A stretch of DNA of 64,000 nt from Guillardia theta CCMP2712. Its lineage: Eukaryota; Protista; Cryptophyta. Location of the stretch: the NCBI RefSeq assembly GCF_000315625.1, contig NW_005434665.1, positions 617,220 through 681,219 on the forward strand, given 5' to 3'. A program made the position numbers and the translations under genes. The notes beneath the pieces were generated by a model. It did no database searches, was not told the DNA's origin, and was given only the letters and a program-made list of their open reading frames with translations. This document shows positions 61,701-64,000 of this stretch, piece by piece. Positions within the stretch are counted from its first letter, which is position 1. Every line of letters starts with the position of its first letter.

Positions 61701-64000
61701 TCCGAAATATTTCGCCAGTAGTATGGAATCTCTGGCAAGAGGTCCAAAACCTTGTCAATGAATTGCCCAAGGGTGCTGGAGGGACGCGGAAAAGGGGCTC
61801 GTGTACCTGAAATATTCTTCCCTCGATATTTTCTGACGTATGGTTTGTCGGTGAAGAGCGGTGGAAACGAAGAATCCTCGCAGATCTCGCAGTCTGAACT
61901 GTCACTATCAGAGGACTCACAGTAAGGAATAGCGCTCCTTCTCTGCTGTTTTTCGAATTTAGCGAGAACCTTTAGACCATGCAGCAACAAAGACACGATG
62001 CATTGTCGACTTTCTTGAGACCTGTGATTCAAGATCGACTTCATAAACCAATGTTGGAAAAAAACTTGGCCATTCAATTCCACATTCTCAACAAATGAAA
62101 GCAGCATTTTCTTCCCCCGTCGCCACCCTTCTTCTGAAAAACTCAATTTCTGTTTGATCAAGGATACCCAATCATCGATTTGCGATAAGTCCCAACAATG
62201 AATGACGCAATCAAGAAGAATTCGCAATGCAAGGCTAACGGAGCTTCTGTCCGCCTCTCCTTTGTTTGCAAATCTGCACAATTTCTTCGCAAAGCTGAGG
62301 TAATCAATGTCGAATATTTGTTTGTCTCTGTAAAATCTGATGTTCTCTTCCCACACATTTTGAAGAATTTCAAGCGGAATGGGTACAGATACACCATGCT
62401 TCGTCATACACTTTTTTCGTTGATCATCCGTTGTCATAGACCTTTTCTCGTAAAAAAGCATGTATGCGCTGTACGTACGTGAGACCAGCTTAGTATGTGA
62501 CCGCGAAGAGTCCATCGGATCAAGTTGCTGTATGCATTCACTACCACCATAGCATGCAGGACCGATGTCCTTTTCATCAAACAACTCGACATTAGTATCA
62601 TTGAACAAATACCACTTTGCGGAATCATTGTCTCCGTCGAGGGAAACTGGTTTTCTTTCCTTGATGTAGCTGTAGTAATGTCCCGAGTCAGCTGTACCAG
62701 TGTGTACCAAAACTCCTACCAAGTCATAAAGCGATTCATCATCCCCTTCCATCTCTTCAATTGCTTTAATTGGATCATTCCCATTCTTTAGAGCATCAGC
62801 AGCAACCTTTTCCCGCCTTTCAATCCCCTGTATGGTATATGGATCCATCTCTAGAGTAAGAGGGAATTCACAACAGTCGTTCACCTTGACTTTTTTCATA
62901 AAGTCAAGATCAAACTCAAAACGTTTCAAATGCAATATCAGGGTATTGGGAAGCTCCTTGATACAAATTCGCTTCACAGCGTCTACTTTTCGATTTGCGG
63001 CTTCGCACAAGTACTTGTTATCGCCTTCCAGAGCTTCGCCTTCCACATACAAATTCAAAGATTCGAGAATACTCCTTTTATGCTTTACCTCCAATTGTAA
63101 AGTATAGAAACTTTCTTCCCTCTCTGATTTGTAGGGATTGTCCCCGCCATACTCAATATCTCCAACTTTCACATTTTCTTTGCAGATGATTTGATGCACA
63201 ATTTTGCCGCCGAAGCAATCTCGAAGCAAGTTCTTCTGAGGAGTTTTCTTCAAAGATTCCTCCATTTTTTCGAATAACATATTTAGATACTCATCTACAT
63301 CCATTTGTTGGGTGATATTCAAAGGTTGACCATCATAATCTGTAAAAACCTGACAAAATTCCCAAGTATCATAAAACTGCTTATCACTTTCTTGCAAAAA
63401 GCTGAAAAGACATTGCAGCTGATACATCAGACCATTGAACTGCCCTGTATTCGTATCAACTTGCAACAAATTTCGTCGAAACTCTGGGACATAAAAGAGC
63501 TGTTGAATCAACGAATTCATATAACAGGTTGCACCAAGGTTCCTGAGCCCAACATATCCACATGGAGCTTTGTCAAGTTGCCAAGGGCGATATAAGTACA
63601 AAGAACGGAACTCTCGCCTGTCATGCAGCTTCAGCAAGCAATTGAGCACATCGTTTTGATTATTTTGACAATCTTCAACCATTGCACTGAGCAGGTCAAA
63701 TGCTGTTTCACGGGTTCTTGGAGTCTTGCACTTGGGTGGGCTAACAAGCTTCCTATCTTCCACTGCAGGCAAATCAAACAAGCAATCGAATATGAGATAC
63801 TTGATAAAATCATTCGAGGCGGGAGATTTGAATACAGTATTCTTCAAGTGAGGAGTAAGCTTGATAATTGATTTCAAGGTTATCATGTATCCCTGCAACA
63901 CAATATCCTCTTCCTTTGAATATCTTGTTTCTTTGATCTCGCTGGTCCTGATGCAGTTTACAATCTCCTTTACAGCAATGTCAAAAAAAGGATTGAGTGC
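58727..64000 (-). CDS. Large ubiquitin-specific protease (USP24/USP34/USP9-like), 5' end outside the window
   Basis: Cys box GYVGLRNLGATCYMNSLIQQL; QQMDVDEY; His box LVHTGTADSGHYYSYIKER; WYLFND. Uninterrupted ORF of >5 kb. Confidence 0.92.
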   Translation of the reverse strand, partial: ALNPFFDIAVKEIVNCIRTSEIKETRYSKEEDIVLQGYMITLKSIIKLTPHLKNTVFKSPASNDFIKYLIFDCLFDLPAVEDRKLVSPPKCKTPRTRETAFDLLSAMVEDCQNNQNDVLNCLLKLHDRREFRSLYLYRPWQLDKAPCGYVGLRNLGATCYMNSLIQQLFYVPEFRRNLLQVDTNTGQFNGLMYQLQCLFSFLQESDKQFYDTWEFCQVFTDYDGQPLNITQQMDVDEYLNMLFEKMEESLKKTPQKNLLRDCFGGKIVHQIICKENVKVGDIEYGGDNPYKSEREESFYTLQLEVKHKRSILESLNLYVEGEALEGDNKYLCEAANRKVDAVKRICIKELPNTLILHLKRFEFDLDFMKKVKVNDCCEFPLTLEMDPYTIQGIERREKVAADALKNGNDPIKAIEEMEGDDESLYDLVGVLVHTGTADSGHYYSYIKERKPVSLDGDNDSAKWYLFNDTNVELFDEKDIGPACYGGSECIQQLDPMDSSRSHTKLVSRTYSAYMLFYEKRSMTTDDQRKKCMTKHGVSVPIPLEILQNVWEENIRFYRDKQIFDIDYLSFAKKLCRFANKGEADRSSVSLALRILLDCVIHCWDLSQIDDWVSLIKQKLSFSEEGWRRGKKMLLSFVENVELNGQVFFQHWFMKSILNHRSQESRQCIVSLLLHGLKVLAKFEKQQRRSAIPYCESSDSDSSDCEICEDSSFPPLFTDKPYVRKYRGKNISGTRAPFPRPSSTLGQFIDKVLDLLPEIPYYWRNISEYFMLLAEFSKIGKEEKTFLLSRRVVSRCIDVFLHEDSPFAHAHKNRNAIGDQFSMPDYSYMMELVCHLVQSVEIEREHTDETKSPIPPTQLPVCGELDPACLALVKHKSFLLKVLTEGVNPRRSIQLFEHLSWNHPEMSIMILQCLCDVIEDAHEDDYDSFFNMLNRVLHLDDTLEGLRAERFGPMFVRTIINNFQYPEACARCLNFVQDQICKSQPIRFSVLRTILPKKQQTNRWFELCLFRCEFEVVKNAIESMAKALLFPDAKSGCDENSNKKFVNEDEISKYFFEFLIGIEGGVFDTALEDIKNMGTANLTAFFRILTFAVRYLKSPWYQTKFAERMLKFQRWFEFLNDLELENDVNRGELIRLLYAYAEEYPEAIEHFADESARVRDVLMNNFIVIKTQKQHISYNRIFLPNFYSLILLCCMNSDSYTLFMIEHRNFMWAIENFICNSNRYPEVTAILWQLVKTALECKIGTDIVQAFRNQMIDVLLSSKQISSYPDNALVLTKLVIDDILEGQSGLQRILDSHLLETIFMAFANSCSTVFNPHPVSPNSAAKKHQGLEIKTAEENAFAAMQILRRIFSAISCRGVTEQVIQGTFNRCKTRVSVVQALCRFLQSPHLMKDERLMCLAVLKYMATYDVLCGKTCLTELLKSYEETRMLTLDECKSQCAGQVGNASSGSVSTETAPGIENDAKKNCDHWPSCRGSFEHRDDEVETEYWSLCQLLCNNDLQLADAYNDQRFMVHTLRFLLFACLDALINPKTASQRNFVESTFDLFIKVKGVELPQNGKTSRKATTESTERAVNFFTNLGNGDLFLDSLRGNMLVVVLIMRILVCHKEWLEDLKAMEAIRMLLMEYSLDIKDEDVTVILHETLLDVRRVMNMGTRRPGLRSESESIVLDQDSKVKAILQEVRPLIIIGDVPCFKAKLLEEMSEDYVQPLQQALERIRLRGFLAREYCARMDDILQRIVQARRMELNGQTGNSKAVDIS

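Noticed and set aside
1428-64000. Ubiquitin-system gene cluster (JAMM, RING, USP)
   Set aside because: Common families scattered among unrelated genes; no evidence of functional clustering.

Overview
Gene-dense eukaryotic nuclear DNA with many short (~35-120 bp) GT-AG introns. The style suggests a flagellated protist such as a cryptophyte (Guillardia-like); this is an inference. Left to right: a degenerate Mutator (MULE) transposase with a 25-bp minisatellite; a BRCC36-like JAMM deubiquitinase; a small multi-exon peptide gene; a GC-rich promoter island; two small hypothetical genes; NBAS/Sec39; a second tiny peptide gene; a WD40 gene; a DNAH1-like axonemal dynein heavy chain (with one frameshift) head-to-head with an unusually long kinesin-5; ABCF; CIAO2B/MIP18; a PDZ protein; a Tudor+PWWP protein; a RING E3 tail-to-tail with an EF-hand gene; an RRM protein with 246-bp internal repeats; and a 5'-truncated USP24/34-like deubiquitinase. 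No rRNA, tRNA or CRISPR was seen. The most notable observations are: (1) two peptide genes not recovered intact by the ORF track, each with an ultra-short first exon and a long AG-depleted first intron, where one model needs a hidden microexon; (2) three GC-rich promoter islands sharing an exact 11-mer, one with a perfect hairpin; (3) an exact 45/46-aa periodic stalk in the kinesin-5.
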